From contig CM114271.1 in assembly GCA_050084515.1 (NCBI GenBank), positions 4,402,001-4,466,000 on the forward strand: DNA of 64,000 nucleotides, in the 5' to 3' direction. The notes under the pieces were generated by a model that was not told the origin of the DNA, searched no databases, and saw only the letters and a program-made list of their open reading frames with translations. The stretch comes from Blasia pusilla (Eukaryota). How positions within the stretch are numbered: the first letter of the stretch is position 1; each line of letters opens with the position of its first letter. Made by a program: the position numbers and the translations under genes. Below, piece by piece: positions 1 to 13,698 of this stretch.

Positions 1-75
1 AACAACGACCAGATCAAAGGATTAAGAGAAAATTCAGAGCACAAGATAAAGAAAAACAACCCAGACCATCCTTAC

Positions 76-3000
76 CGGGAAAGAAATGCAACAAGGCACG
101 TCTGAAGGCCCTGCATTTCCATAAATCACAGCTGCTTGAGTTGGAAGCGAGACACAACCACTATCCCCCTGTGTACCACTACCTACTCCTTTCAATTCTA
201 CTTGGAGCTATATAAAGTATGTGATAGACACTAATAACCTTGCGCAATGATGAAACTAGATTCACCAGCTTACAACCATCTCAAAACACTTTGGTAGGCA
301 TTGCTTCAAAGAGGAAGTCTCACCTCCACACCCCCGATGCAGAAGAGAACAACCAGGAGTAAAAGGAACCAGTCCGACATGAACTTGTATAAGAGCAATA
401 AAAATCCAGATGCCATGACGAGAAAAAGCACAGCTGATGCTACACTTATGTCCACAACATCTTTTTCGTCCTGTTCTTGCTCCAGCATATAGCCATCTGG
501 CAGCTCCTGCAAAAGTTTACATCATACATGAGACAACTTCATGCCATACTCATGAGTCACTAGTGACTAACCAGTCAGAGCCCAGAAATGCGCCATGAAT
601 TGCCAATTAGACACTTAGACACTATGATTACACATTCAAAAATACCAGACTACAACAAATTGGAAACTAGACATTTAGTGAGCACGTGACATGAAAGTCT
701 GCTAGGCTCAAGGGCATGAGAAAATGGATCAGAATGAGCTCAAGCAAGGCTGCTTTCTTCCACAGCTGATTTCCTTCATGAGATACAAGTCTTTGAGGAG
801 CACAGGCTACAACAGAATTTTTCCAACCACCACAGGTTCCAAGTATTGGATGGGGATCTGTGTGGATTTACCAATTCCACAACCATGTCGCGTCGTGAAC
901 TCTCCCTAGAGGTCTCCACGCCTCTCTACATCTCCAAGTGAAAACTCAATTTTTTTAAATTTCACCTAAGTTTGAGGTGGGTGCAGTGAAAGTCAGTGAA
1001 CAGGACCAAGTTAACAGTGGCTCATAGACTAAGCACCAATACCCACACACCATCAGCTTTATTACTAAGGACCAAAATTTACTAGATATGTTCCCTGGTT
1101 GCTCCCAAAAATGGCAGAAACATATGGATCAGACGTTAAAAATCCCGCTTAGAGATCCTCCATCTATTAGCATTCGTGGACTAAACGTGACTCTACAAAC
1201 CAGCTTCCAGCTTCACCACATGAAGATCATTATGAATACTTGTGATTGTCTCCAGACATCGTTGCCTACCATGTTGTCACTTTCTCAAGCCTTCCGGACA
1301 CTTAGACTCTTACTTTGGCCTAACTACACTACATTATCTCCCTCCAATTTCCCACCGTTTCTGCATATGTAAGATGGATTTCTCAGCTGTTAACTTCATA
1401 AATGGCCTTTGTTAACTGCTGTACAAATTTCTCGGTTGCCCCAAGCAGATCACAGCAATCAGCTCCTCCAACTTATCAAGAGCCTCATTGCTAAAACTGC
1501 TTGAATTATTCATATGGGACTGTCATTGGTGAACATGGCATTAGCAGAGCAAATACAATAAACTAGAAAAGTCCCGGTTATTCTGGAGGATATGTAACAA
1601 ACAGGACCATTCTAGTAGTCAGTAGTACCAATCTCCTCTCACGCAGTGTAACAATCTCCTCTCACGCAGTGTTCTCTTTCAGCGTCACATTGTTTATGCC
1701 TTTAAACATTTCCAAGAGAATTAAGCCCAAACCAACCAAAAAAAAAGTCACGGCACGCTTGAGACGAATTATAGACCGACTCACTTTCAGTCGCCGATAA
1801 TGCTCATTGGCTGCCTCCTTAGCACTCCAAGCGGACCAATATGAAGCCCCAAGAATGGTTCCCACTGCCATCAACCACAGAAAAACTTCTGCTACATCCA
1901 CCAGTGGTCGCTTTGGGGAGTAAAATAGCACCCTCACTGGAAACACAACAAAACGAAACACCACTTAGATATGGGCATACAAATGCATTACTGGAATCAC
2001 CATAGCATCCAAACTTTAGCATCACAAGGAGCTCTCTTAATAAGGGAAGAAGGCGTGAAGAGGTATTCTTTTGCCTCCCAAATGTTCTGTCATCTATTCA
2101 TGCAACCCCTGACTCTACTAGATGCACAAAACCTTCAAAGGCAACCCTACTACGAGTATACCTTCACTTCCAGCAACCAAAGCCTCTTGTAAAGTCACTC
2201 CAGCAGACTTGGGTAGCATTACAGCCGGAATCGTGATATCCACAAATGTATCATTTTCATTGCACACCATCTTGTAAAGCTCTGCATGAAACAGAAAAAG
2301 CTCTCAGAGTGGAAAGCTAAAAAATTACTTTCCCAGCTTCTTTTTCTTAGGCCAGTGGTATGGACATTTTAAGATATGGCAAAGCTGGCAGAAACAATCC
2401 CTGGTACGGGTTCATCTCCTGCCTAGAAGTAGCAGTACTACTGCATGAACCCCTCCACTACAGCGCCTGAACTAATCAGAACGTATTGCCCCCTCATCCA
2501 GAACAGACAACAGTCCACATAGGTGATAACAATAATTGACTGGACAGCGTATTAAAATACCAACCTTCTTGGTCATTGACGACAAGAAGTGCCACTGCTC
2601 CTGCATTCTGCGCTATCCTTGCCTTTGCTGTGAACGTACAATTTCCTCGTTGTGCCAGAGCCGCAAATCCACGAAGCTACACACACGGAGCATGAAAATA
2701 TTCTATGAGCCATAGGTGATCAACTCAAAAACCGGTGGGTAAGCAGTACCAACTTGAAATGCAAAGAATTCTCTCAACCTCCAACGTGAGAAACCCAGAT
2801 TATTACCCACCACGCATTAGATCTTTGCCAAGGCAAGCATGTCAGTTGACTACATACAGGCAACATTAGCATTGATACATACATCACCATCAGTGCTGTA
2901 GTTTTGGCAAAGCGTTGGCGGTTTGACCAACGCAAGAGGAGCGCCTGGAGCATCCTTCTTGTGTTGAGTAATCGCGGCTCCGAATCTGGCACTCACTCCG

Positions 3001-3993
3001 ACAAACTCTCCTGACTCGCGACCATCAATCCAATTGCGAATTTTCACCTGAAAAAAGAAAATACCTCAAATCTATCACTGGCCACGTAGTTAGCATGGAT
3101 GCAAAGTCTTAAGGTGCCTGATAAGCACACAATCTATCAAAAGCAACTGTTTTATGTTGTGAAAGTCTCAGCAACTAGTCCTTTCTGCCGAGACAGAGGT
3201 GTATATAACTCGCCTCTTGAGGACCTACAAGCAGAAACTTTCTAAAACCGGAAATCGGGAACGCAGTGAGAAAACCCCATGGGCTCATGCTCGGGAGCAC
3301 CAAAAAGATTCCATCGAATGGTGTTGACATACTCCAAAACTTAGGTTAACACCCAATTCCGTGGTCAGAACGTTCTCATTGCCGTTCTTTATCATCGCCT
3401 AAAATGCCCAGAGTTCGACATAGTTGCCGATATTACTTGTGGCATTACTGAACAAAATTTGAAGAAATTATCATCAGGCTCCAATTGGCAGCACGCTCCA
3501 ATTTAGATGTGTAATAGACGTTCTGATGCCCCGGCCAGTTTTGGGAGGATCGTTTCTATATCTTCGGCTACACCACATCTTGCCCGCTCTCTAAAGTTGT
3601 ACCTGTATTCTAGAAAACGCAGATCCCGTGCTGCCTGGCATAGGTTGTCAGAGTTTTGGGGGAAGAATATCAAAGGGCGTAGGCAACACGAGATCATTAT
3701 TTCTCACAGAGCTGTAGGCAACACAGTCGCAAACCTAGAACGTCCAGTATCCAGAAGGTGTCCGATATCGGCACGACCACAGCAACGAGAGCGCTTAAGT
3801 CCATACCCTAACAATCGACCGGTTCGACACCTACCAGGACGAAATCGTTATCACACCCGGGCATTTTCGGTGCTTTCTCATCATCAGGCTGCACGATATC
3901 ATTGTCCCCCCTTACACCCCGCCCAGAAGAAATCAAAAGCAATCCCGGCAGCAGTAGCACCAGCACCACCCGCACCACTGCTCCTCCTGCCAT
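76..3993 (-). CDS. SPPL: Signal peptide peptidase-like (SPPL, PA domain plus start of A22B aspartic protease), multi-exon, continues beyond the left window edge
   Basis: GT-AG exons at 3835-3993 (signal peptide, [25 protein letters not shown]), 2883-3047 ([23 protein letters not shown]), ~2565-2676 ([26 protein letters not shown]), ~2161-2282 ([21 protein letters not shown]), ~1784-1937 ([23 protein letters not shown]), ~323-508 ([30 protein letters not shown]) and 76-110 (GLQTCLVA). These match plant SPPL motifs as I know them. Confidence 0.95.
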
Positions 3994-4354
3994 CTCCGCT
4001 TCCCCCCAATCCTGTCCTTTCTCCCTGCCTGCTGCACACTCAAACCTGGTACTTTCCCGCAACAACTTTCAGCATACAATTTCCCACTAGTGCGATCCTG
4101 TTTCTGCATCCGCGTTCCCTCGCCCGAATTCAATTGAATCCTCCTGATGTTCGATGTTGTGTTCCCTCTGTCTTCTTCCTGGCACCTCCCCTCGCTCTGT
4201 GCTTGGGAATTGCCTTTCCCGTCACTAGAGAAGAAAGGCTTGGTACACACTGACTAAAAGAGAACCAAACGAAAGCAGACGACGCCGGGACCTTCCCGGC
4301 AACGCACCCCACGCCGGGGATGTGATCAAATCGCTGTCGGCTTTCCGTGCCGAT

Positions 4355-4730
4355 GGGTCCCATCACCCATTCGCCGACTTCGGCAGACAGCCCTCCGCAA
4401 GGACAGGAGTCATGGGACGGGACGGACCCGCAATTCCGGCTAAGGGATTGACCCTTAGCAAGGACAATTCTCAGTGGGACCCACCCGCTCTTTCGAAAGA
4501 TCGGAGGCTGCACGATTGCGGAGACAGGACTTTGCCCTCCCTGTACCGTCTCGGTCTCAGCCTCACCCGGTCGCCTTCGGAGAACGCACCTTCACAAGGA
4601 TAGGACTGGAGTCTGGGACCTCCGAGTCCCGACTCGGAATCGACTCTGGGCAAGGACACCCAACCTCCGTGGGACCCACACCAGGTTTCCGAATCCCGAA
4701 ACCAGGGACTTTGTCAAGGACGGGACCCAC
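4355..4730. promoter_or_regulatory. SPPL upstream region with clustered TCP-type GGNCCCAC sites
   Basis: GTGGGACCCAC at 4474-4484 and 4669-4679, GGGACCCAC at 4722-4730, in a GC-rich island 5' of the SPPL start codon. Confidence 0.5.
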
Positions 4731-5103
4731 TCCCCTCGGGAGTCGGGTGACATTTGTCAATAGCTCCCGGCGTCAACAGGACAAAAGTGAGCCGGTCAGT
4801 TTGCACAAAGTGGGGGGAGTTTTCTCGCCGGAATTGGTACATTCCGTGAAGATCCCATGAGAAAAGATTTTTGAATTACTTCAAATTTTGGCCTGTTATG
4901 TTATGAACTAGTATATACATCGTACCAAAGATGTGATGATACAGGTGGACTAAAGTACAAAGTCAGGTAAGGTATGTATAGAATTTAAGTATATTTAAAT
5001 GTTGTTAGTGAAGTATATTTAATCGTCACTATTTAAGTGCAATTAAATGTTGTTTCATGTGCCATATGAAACATGGTAGTAATATTACCATTAGTAATCC
5101 ATA

Positions 5104-7300
5104 CTAGTAAGAATGCATGTATGATGCACCGGCGTCAAAAAATTAATTTGCAAAAGATATCATTGTCATAGGCTTGGAGTCAAAGTTAAGTTGCAAAAAG
5201 CCTCCATATGCATGGATATATAATTTGCAACGTAGCACTTTATGATATACAACATTTTTAGTATAAGTTCCAACTTTGTTTGTTGGAAGTTGACTATCAA
5301 CCGTCATATGAATTGACTTCCTAGAGCCTGCTCTAGATAAAGCAACATATAATTGCCCATGAGAAAATAAATAATTAGGCAAGTAAATGCTAACTCTCAC
5401 TAATGTTTGACGTTGAGACTTATTCATTGCAAAGGTAGAACGAATAGGAAATTGAAATTGTCGTAAATCAAAAGGTAACCCAGAAACAGATGCAATCAAC
5501 GAAATCCGTGGAATAAACACTCGAGCTCCAATTTCTTTTCCAATCATAATTACAACGTCGATAACATGTCGACCAAATCCAACAATCACCAAGCGAGTCA
5601 CGTTTGCTTGTCCCTTTGCTCCATTCATACTCCGTAATAGCATAATTAGAGCTCCAATCTTCAACCATAAGCAATATGGTGGCAGTCTCGATGGCAAACA
5701 TATATTCAAGAAATCTGTTGGGTATACCAACGTCATTCCATGATCAATTACCAAATCAGCACTTAAAAAAGGGTGCTCTTGGAAATAGAAAAAATCATTA
5801 GAATCAAAAGGATAACTTATAACAGTACAAAAAAATTATGTCTTCATTTCATATAAATTGATGACATTCACGAAATATTAGAACTGCCTCTCTTGGAAAA
5901 TGCGACATAATTTCGGCATTGATAACATCCACTATAGTATTCTTTGTTGTAAGAATAGATGTGCCCCTCAAGAAGTCAATATCACCCCACTTATCAATAT
6001 CACGTCCATACACAATTTCAATCAAATCATTAAGTCTGTGGCTTTGAATAATCATCCCAACATGAATTCTTATAAAATCATCTCCAAGCTCAAAATGCAA
6101 TGGTTCCGACCCTCCCCAACCTACGATAACCAGTTAGCGAATTCATCTTGATCATGTCGTGCTTCTCCTAACAAAATTTGAAAAAATAAAATAATCGGTA
6201 CATCTTGATAAATATATAAATATATATATATAAAAGATAGGAAATGCAACAACGTAAGGTTTAATATTTATTACCTTACAAAGAATTCACTCTCATGTTG
6301 GTAGTGAGTTTCATTATTCACACATGAGACCAAATAAGAGATCTCTTAAGAGTTGCACGTACAAAAGTTGGCTGATCACCATGACGTACTACCGGAAGAA
6401 GTTGTTGAAAGTCACCACCAAATATAAATATTTTGCCCTCAAAAGGAAGATCTTGTAGCACAGGATCCACCAAACTCATGATATCTTGGAAATAACGATT
6501 AACAACCTCAAAATCATGACGGTGTGTCATAGGAGCTTCATCCCATACGATGAACTTTGCATTTTGTATAAGGCGTGCAAGCTCACTATTAATTGATAAG
6601 CTAGAAAACACACAAGAAATGAAAAAGTCAAAAATATTTTATTCATAATACACATAAATAAATAATATAAACCCCATTTTAGTAATAAGGCAAAGTAATA
6701 ACAAAACATTTAACATAAACTTACTTGAAAATAGACGATTCATGTATTTGAATTTAAATCGAGAATGAGCAATACGGCATCCATTGAGTAACAAAGCAGC
6801 AATACCAGAAGATGCAACTGCAAGAGCAATATAACCCTTGCTTCGCACGCTTGCAAGAAGAAGGTTGTATGAAAATGTTTTTCCCGTTCCACCAGGACCA
6901 TTAATGAAGAAGAACTTTGCCTAGTAACATCCAAATTATCCGCAATATATAGATTCAAAAGAATGAAAACTTATAAATAAATCTTCAAATAGCATAACAT
7001 ATATAAAATGCACTTACATAAGGTGGTGAGTCATTTATCACATCATCTAAGAGAAGATGGAAAACATCCCATGTAGCTCGTTGTCCATCATTCAATAAAA
7101 TCTCCCCTCGTTCAACACGATTAGCAAGCAATCCTCTAGGCACAAGATCGATACATTCTGAGTAAAAAAGTAATGTTAAGGCATGTCCGGGAAATCAACC
7201 ATACTCTTACCATGATCTTGAAGATGGTAATGGACCTCTAATGATGCAAGATTAATAGTTTGCAGGTCCAAAGGTACATCAGGAATTCCAATTCTCTACA
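5104..7300 (-). mobile_element. Helitron RepHel remnant (PIF1-like helicase, disrupted) with 3' terminus
   Basis: Helicase motifs GPGG(T)GK-like near 6880-6900, AVASSGIAALLL, IVWDEAPM, FGGDFQQLLPVV, FIPRISL, QFPIRSTFAM-NKSQ, FSHGQLYVALSR, with frameshifts. Minus-strand end is an imperfect hairpin (TGCATCATACATGCA) followed by CTAG|T at 5104. Confidence 0.9.
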
Positions 7301-7402
7301 TCAAATTGCAATAAATTTTTAAAAACAAGGAAGTCTTAAAAAGAGGAACATAAAAAATCAACATAAATTTTAATAAACAATAAAAACTCAATAATATGTA
7401 GA

Positions 7403-10400
7403 ATCAATCGCAACATTTCCGAGGTGAGTATAGCAGCCATGAGTCACGTGTAAGAGCAATCACAATTTCTTTTACCACTAGTGCAACATTGTGTATCTCA
7501 AGAGAGAAGTGTGGCAGAACGAGCTCAAGGAGGTTATCGTGAGTATGTGACACATCGACCCATGCCACCATATGCGAGTAAGCGATAACCACCAAGAGTT
7601 ATCTGGTGGGCGTGTGGTGGAGCCCATTGCCAACATGATTGCACCCGTTAAGATAGTGGGCGCATGCCCCAACCTGGAGGAGTAGATGGGCCCCCACTAG
7701 GAGTATTCCAATGTGACCATTGTCAACTATATGGTCATACACCCGCCAGATGTCTTAGCCTACATCTTGAGATATGTCCAGAATCGCGGGTCATAGGGGG
7801 CACCAGAGCTAGTTGGCGATCTAGGTGGGCCTAGAGGTCATGTGCTAGGTGATCTCAAAGGGGGTTAAGGGGTTGGATTTTCCTGTGGGGGTTGTGGATA
7901 CGCCCATGGAGGAAATAGAGATCCGTCATATGGACGAATCGCGAGGGACTTTGGGCATGAGGTTTGGATGGTTGCTCAGATAGAGCAGTTGTTGTAGTAG
8001 ATTCCGCCATAGCATTGAAGTAACTCGATCCTGGATCAATAGCATCAACTTCATAGGAAGAAACTTGAGATATCATGGTTGGATGTGCGGGACTACACAA
8101 ATGGAGGCAACCGCTGTCGTTACGCCAAGAGCAACCACAAAGTTGGATCCACATACGGAGAAGCCAAGAAACAAACCAGGCTTCGCCAATCATTTACTTT
8201 GTTTGAGGCGATGAAGACCCAATCAAAGGTCATGATTAGAGTTCTTGGAGAATATATGGATGTTATTGGTGTGCAGGCACGACGGGCAATGGGAGAAGCG
8301 AGTGCGATGACTCATCATTAACCTACGTGCACAGGTAACTGGGTGACCATTGACTCGGTCAACGGTTCACTTGACTAACTAAAACCAAAATAAGGAAGTT
8401 GTCATAAACGATGTTCATGACGTAACGGGCTAGTTGCCAACCTCATTCGACATCTCAAGACGAAGTTACACCCAAATAACACCTTGATCCTCTATGTCAT
8501 TGATGTGGTAGAACTCTTCCTATCGGCTAACTAAGATGTGACAAGTGGAGTACGTACTTTTGGAGTGGCACAAAAGTGTGCACACGTCTTATCAAGATTT
8601 TGGATCTACACGTTTCAACTCCTTGTTATGGTATGGCAATTTACAACTTTGGATAGTATACTAGGTAAAAGAGAGATGAGGGTATATTATCGTCCTAGAC
8701 ACTGGCGATGAAGAAAATGGATATCCTAAATGCTCTCATTAGGGTCTCTATCTTTTCCCTTGCATGTGGAAGAACTACCCAACTCGACTTACTATAAAAT
8801 TTAAGATATGTGACAAGCTACATGTATTAACGCCATGGTCAAGAGGACTTGTTAACATTATCAAATTCCATATTCTAAACAAGCTTCGAGGAAACATGAA
8901 TGGACATGTAAAACTAGGTCATTCAAATTATGAGTAAGATCCTCAAGTGGTTTACGAACACTAAACTAATAGAAAGTGATTCCAATTGAAGAATACTTTT
9001 AAAACATTGATGGTAAAAGGAAATCTTCTTGCTATTTTGGATATCATTCAACAAAGGTATTGGTTTTCCTATGTATCATGCAATTGTGGTGTTGAAAAAT
9101 AGAAATGTAATTTACTCGTTATAGTTGAAATAATTTTTTTTCGAAAATGTTGGAAAAGAATTAATGGAAAATAAAGAAGTACCTTTGTGCCTTAAGTTCG
9201 TCAATCTGTTCCAAATACAAGCATAACAACCAAGTTTCTCAAACATTTTACCCCATAGAAGTCCTACCATTTTCGAGGATGTTAAATTTGAGTCTAACCC
9301 ACAACGAAATAAGCTACAAACAAGATGTCGTGCGAATACACATCGTTGCCAAGATACATCGAGTATCATGCACACACATGTCTAAGATCTATTAGCTATA
9401 AATCCTAACATCTCTACACATGAAAGAATGGACAACCCTAATGTAAATTTGAATACAATGTGTAAACTCTAATGAAATTTGCAATCAACCGTGCTTCATC
9501 CAAACATCCGTATTCATGAATCGGATACATACTATTGCAATAGTAAGAGAAAGTCTACACAAGGACTCTCAAAATGTGTGTGATCTTCCTTATTGATCAC
9601 TCCTAGCACACTCTTCAAGAGGGAATCCAGGTTCAATATATGCAAGTTGCATTGTATCGCAGATCCCAACACATGTCTCCAATCGTAAGGAAGATGAGCT
9701 CTAAATAAGATTCATCTGAGGTATATCTCTTAGCAGGTCACTAAACCTTTAGTACATAGAGTACTAACTCTCTAACAACAACATATGTTGTCCCCTCATG
9801 AGACCAACTACCAACTAATCCATGACCCTATAGATCCAAGTGAATCCATACATGGCTCGGAAGGTCAACCTCTCCAAGATTGCCACTCCTCATAAAGGGA
9901 AGGGTGACCTACACTCGTATGTCACTTCCTAAGAGCAAGTTATATATGACCTCTCAAAATAGGGAAGTACAAGACTCCTCTAAGGTCTCGATACTGTCTC
10001 GCCCTACGCCTCATCTACCATGATAGAGACCATTCGGACTATATCATTTTCTAGTGTACAACCTATGCCCTACACAAAAGTAATAAATATGACACCGTCT
10101 TACGAATAAATTTTTTTTGCCCTATGGACATGTGCTTAACAAGTTAGGTGTTTACAAGTCAAGAAGCCATTCACTTTCTTAGAGGAGAGAAATATATGAT
10201 TCCTTTGTGAAAATTGAGAATTTTTTTTATGCAAACAAATATGGGACGCCATGATGGTTGCGAGCCAGACTTGAGCATGTGGTAGGCTACATTTGGAAGC
10301 ATATGCTTGCGACGTTTGTCCAACACTAAACCCCATACAAACACGAAGCTTGCTTCATCAATTACTAGTTGAGTTGTGGCGTTAGTATCATATCTTGACA

Positions 10401-10450
10401 CATTGATCTAAAGTCGCCGATGCTACTTTTCATGGATCACTCAAGTTCTT
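7403..10450 (+). mobile_element. Highly degraded LTR-retrotransposon internal region, probably Ty3/gypsy, abutting the Helitron
   Basis: Only motif ghosts in plausible order: protease-like DFGSTRF near 8597, integrase zinc-finger-like YASCIVSQ near 9640, ISFSS near 10043. No intact ORF and boundaries are approximate. Confidence 0.3.
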
Positions 10451-11944
10451 CAACTTCTCTGAGGTTCGAACCTCCGAAAATAGAATGTGTCTTTACTTAG
10501 ACTACTTAAAGCGGGATTCTGTGGGAATGTGAAATCTTCACAACCCTATTTTTTAAGCCCTAATTTGTTTCTACTGACAAATTTGTCTCAACGTCTGAAT
10601 TGAGAAATCTATTGTCTCATCTATGGTCCTAACTTATAAATCTATGTTATTATTGGAGAGTGCTTTTTCATATTCATATCATCTCTCGTTTTGACACATG
10701 TCCACTCTATCCAATAAAATTGTTCATTATTTAAAATTCTTACAAATTCTCATTATCTTTTTTCCTAACCATCTAGAATATCCATGTGTCCTCTACATGT
10801 ATGTATTAGTTACTTTATTCTCCCGTGTAAAAGGAAAAGGTGGCAGATTGGTTTAACCATCGGAATTCAATTAGAATTGACAATTCTAATGTACTGCGTG
10901 GCACCCACTAGTCACTTCTATTACCATTTAAAGACGAATCGGTAGTGTAGTGGCTCTTACTGCCAGGGACAAGAGTGGACAATTCTAATTTATGACGTGG
11001 ATATTGCATCCTCTTGTCAGTTCTGTCACTCGTCAAGACGAATCGGGAGTTGTGGCCCATCAACCGGGGACAAAGTGTAGTGTCCAGTAGTCCGGCCCCG
11101 CTGCGCTGCTATGTGAGCAGCAAGGCCGCCATTGGCTTGTGTCTCGACTGCACATGCTACTTCGTCTCTCAAGGGGGACCTCTTGAAGGTTCCAAAAATT
11201 TGCCGGTCGCGGCCAGAGTAGGGTCGCTTTTCCCGGCAGTTTGGTGTGTTCAATGGCAGGGGTGTCAGCACGATGGGCCGTCTCGATACGATCATTGACT
11301 CATCGCCTAACCCTCGAAAGGCCGGTATAGGACTTCAGAGTGCCGCTCTAGTATATGTTCTCCCCACGTTATAACTATGTGCACATTACTTATGGTTTTA
11401 TCTCAGGAGAATACAACTGTCGTCCGGCTCATGGATGCACACACTTCCGCTTTGATCGAATTCTTCGATCTCGAAACAGGCACTCTCGCAATGGTTCAAA
11501 ATTGGGCGCTATGTTTGCTTTGAGGAAATAGAGTACAAAGCGGTGCACCACAGCTTGTGGATTTACACCGTGGTATTTGCTGTCGCTCCTTTTTCCTTCG
11601 CTGGTAGGATCAGGAAGGGCTGTCTTACGGTCGGAAACCGAAAATCCAACGCAATGGTGGCGTGTCTCTCCCGCAGCAATTCAGCGGGCGGATACTGGAT
11701 TCCCATGGAGGGTTCGTGATTAAAGTGGCTCGTGAAAGAAGGAGATGTAACGCGTAATCCTTAGAGAGACTTGTGAAGAACGATTATTCATTGTATCCTG
11801 GGAAGCGGATCGGGAGGTGAGGCGGAGGGGTCCGTGAATGTAGATTTTGGGAAGCTGCATGTACTTGTGAGTGGGTGGTTGGCGAGGGTAGGAGTTGCGT
11901 GAGAGTAAAAGTCGTGGATCAGAGGGAAGAATCGTGGGACAAGA

Positions 11945-13698
11945 ATGAGGACACCACCGATGCCACGGCTGGTGGCGAGCAGGGTGTCCTGCATGAGGGG
12001 AGGGCAGGTCGTCCTTCGTAATGTGAATATGACAGTGCACGAAGGCGGTGCTATGCTTTTGACAGGTCCCAATGGCTCTGGGAAATCCACTTTTCTTCGC
12101 CTGGTGATTGCTCACACCTTTCCATACACTTTGGTTTGACTCGTAATTTATTTAAGGACGCCGCGATTTTTTGATCCCAGTTCCTTCATGGATTTCGAAA
12201 CAAGCAACGTCATCGTTTGCTCTGGAAGGATGTGTGGAAGGAGGCGGCGTTCGACCTTCAAGTCCGATTTTTCTTCATTAGGCATGAGACCTAATAAGTT
12301 ATGAGATTGGGAATTGATCTTGCCAAGTTTCTAATCATTCGAGGAAACTAAGTATAGAATATCGTGCAGTTGGCAGGGTTTCTGAAACCAAGTGCTGGGA
12401 AGCTTCTGTGGGATGGCCATGACCTCTCTGAATCTGGTCTTTACGATGGTAAATCTCAATCCCTGTCTCCAGTCCTTAGCATGTTTTCCTACCATCAGTA
12501 AGAATGAGCTGACCTAAAGGTGAGTCTGTTAATTGCTAAGTTCGTGCTGGTTACTCCTGATTTCTCGATAGATGAATATGTGGCGTCCAATTCCTCTCAC
12601 GAGGAGCTTATAGATACTAGTATGGATCTCGGTGCAGAGCAGTGTATAGGACAAATGTGCATCTCGTGGGCTCCAAAGATGCAATCAAGGCTCAAATGAC
12701 TGTTTACGAGAATGTGGTTAGTGTCCTTGACGATCTCATCACTCAATCTACGTCAAGCCGAAAAAAGCATGTTGCAACTCAGTAGAGGTGTCATGACTGG
12801 ATTGGTAATATAGTTTGTCTTTCTAAGGAAGCATGTGGAAGTATGGTCTTATGTTACTGTGGAATTTATGTTTCTGATGCAGCAATTTTGGGAACTGCTC
12901 GAAGGACTAGAAGGAGGCACTACCCCTGCTCTAGAATATATGGGAATAGGGCACCTTGCTGAGCGTAAAGGTGTGGTTTTGTCTTTGGGCCAGGTGTGTG
13001 TGAAGTAGCTCTGGGTCGTCTTGCTCTGCCTGTGGTGTTGGAGAGTAGTTGGATTGCTTTACAAGGCGCAGCACCTTCCTTTTTGTTTATTGCACTGTGG
13101 AAGAAGGTAAAGGTTTTGTTTTCAGCACCTGGAGATGATTATAAAACATCAATTTCGAACCAGTTGTTTCTATTTGCAACCCTTAGTTTCCGTATGACTG
13201 GGAGAGCCCAAGTTGCTACACGCTTCGATTGATGTCTTGGTTCACATTTCAGAGGAAAAGACTGCAACTGGCGAGATTGTTGGCAATACCAAGGCCACTG
13301 TGGCTACTAGACGAACCATCAGTAGGCCTTGATAGTCAGGTACGCCATACTGTAGTGTAGTGTCTCGAGCTGTATCAATTACTTGGTCCATAAGTTCCAA
13401 ATGTGTTCATATACTGTTCTAGTTTCCAAGTTTTCCTACAATATTGATTGGAAGTTGGCTTGTGCAGGGAGTAAAGCTACTTGAGCAGATGATAGCTGAT
13501 CATCGCAAAGCTGGGGGAATGGTGTTGGTTGCCACACACGTGCCAATTGGGCTCGAAGATGTACTTCACTTGAAGTTTCCTGCAAGGTATCCACTTGGGT
13601 CGGAGTATAGGTTGATTTTGGAAACAGTTCGCTGTGTAGAAGTAGCAGTAACCTATTTTGAATGTTGCTTCCATTATATCAGATGCCACATTATATGA
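11945..13698 (+). CDS. ccmA: Nuclear-encoded cytochrome c maturation ABC ATPase CcmA (ABCI1)
   Basis: GT-AG exons 11945-12103 (Walker A GPNGSGKST), 12370-12448 (LAGFLKPSAGKLLWDG), 12643-12716 (KDAIKAQMTVYENV), 12883-12993 (LSLGQ signature), 13253-13339 (RKRLQLARLLAIPRPLWLLDEPSVGLD) and 13468 onward (GVKLLEQMIADHRKAGGMVLVATH). The C-terminus is uncertain: read-through to the stop at 13698 or a further intron from ~13587. Confidence 0.92.

Noticed and set aside
1629-1671. Short direct duplication CAATCTCCTCTCACGCAGTGT in an SPPL intron
   Set aside because: An ordinary slippage or repair duplication.
3507-4253. 248-aa plus-strand ORF
   Set aside because: Antisense to SPPL exon 1 and its 5' region in GC-rich DNA, with no recognisable domain.
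11600-11660. GGTCGGAAACCG resembling an SRP RNA helix
   Set aside because: No following GAGCAG motif, Alu domain or convincing Pol III promoter. More likely ccmA leader sequence.
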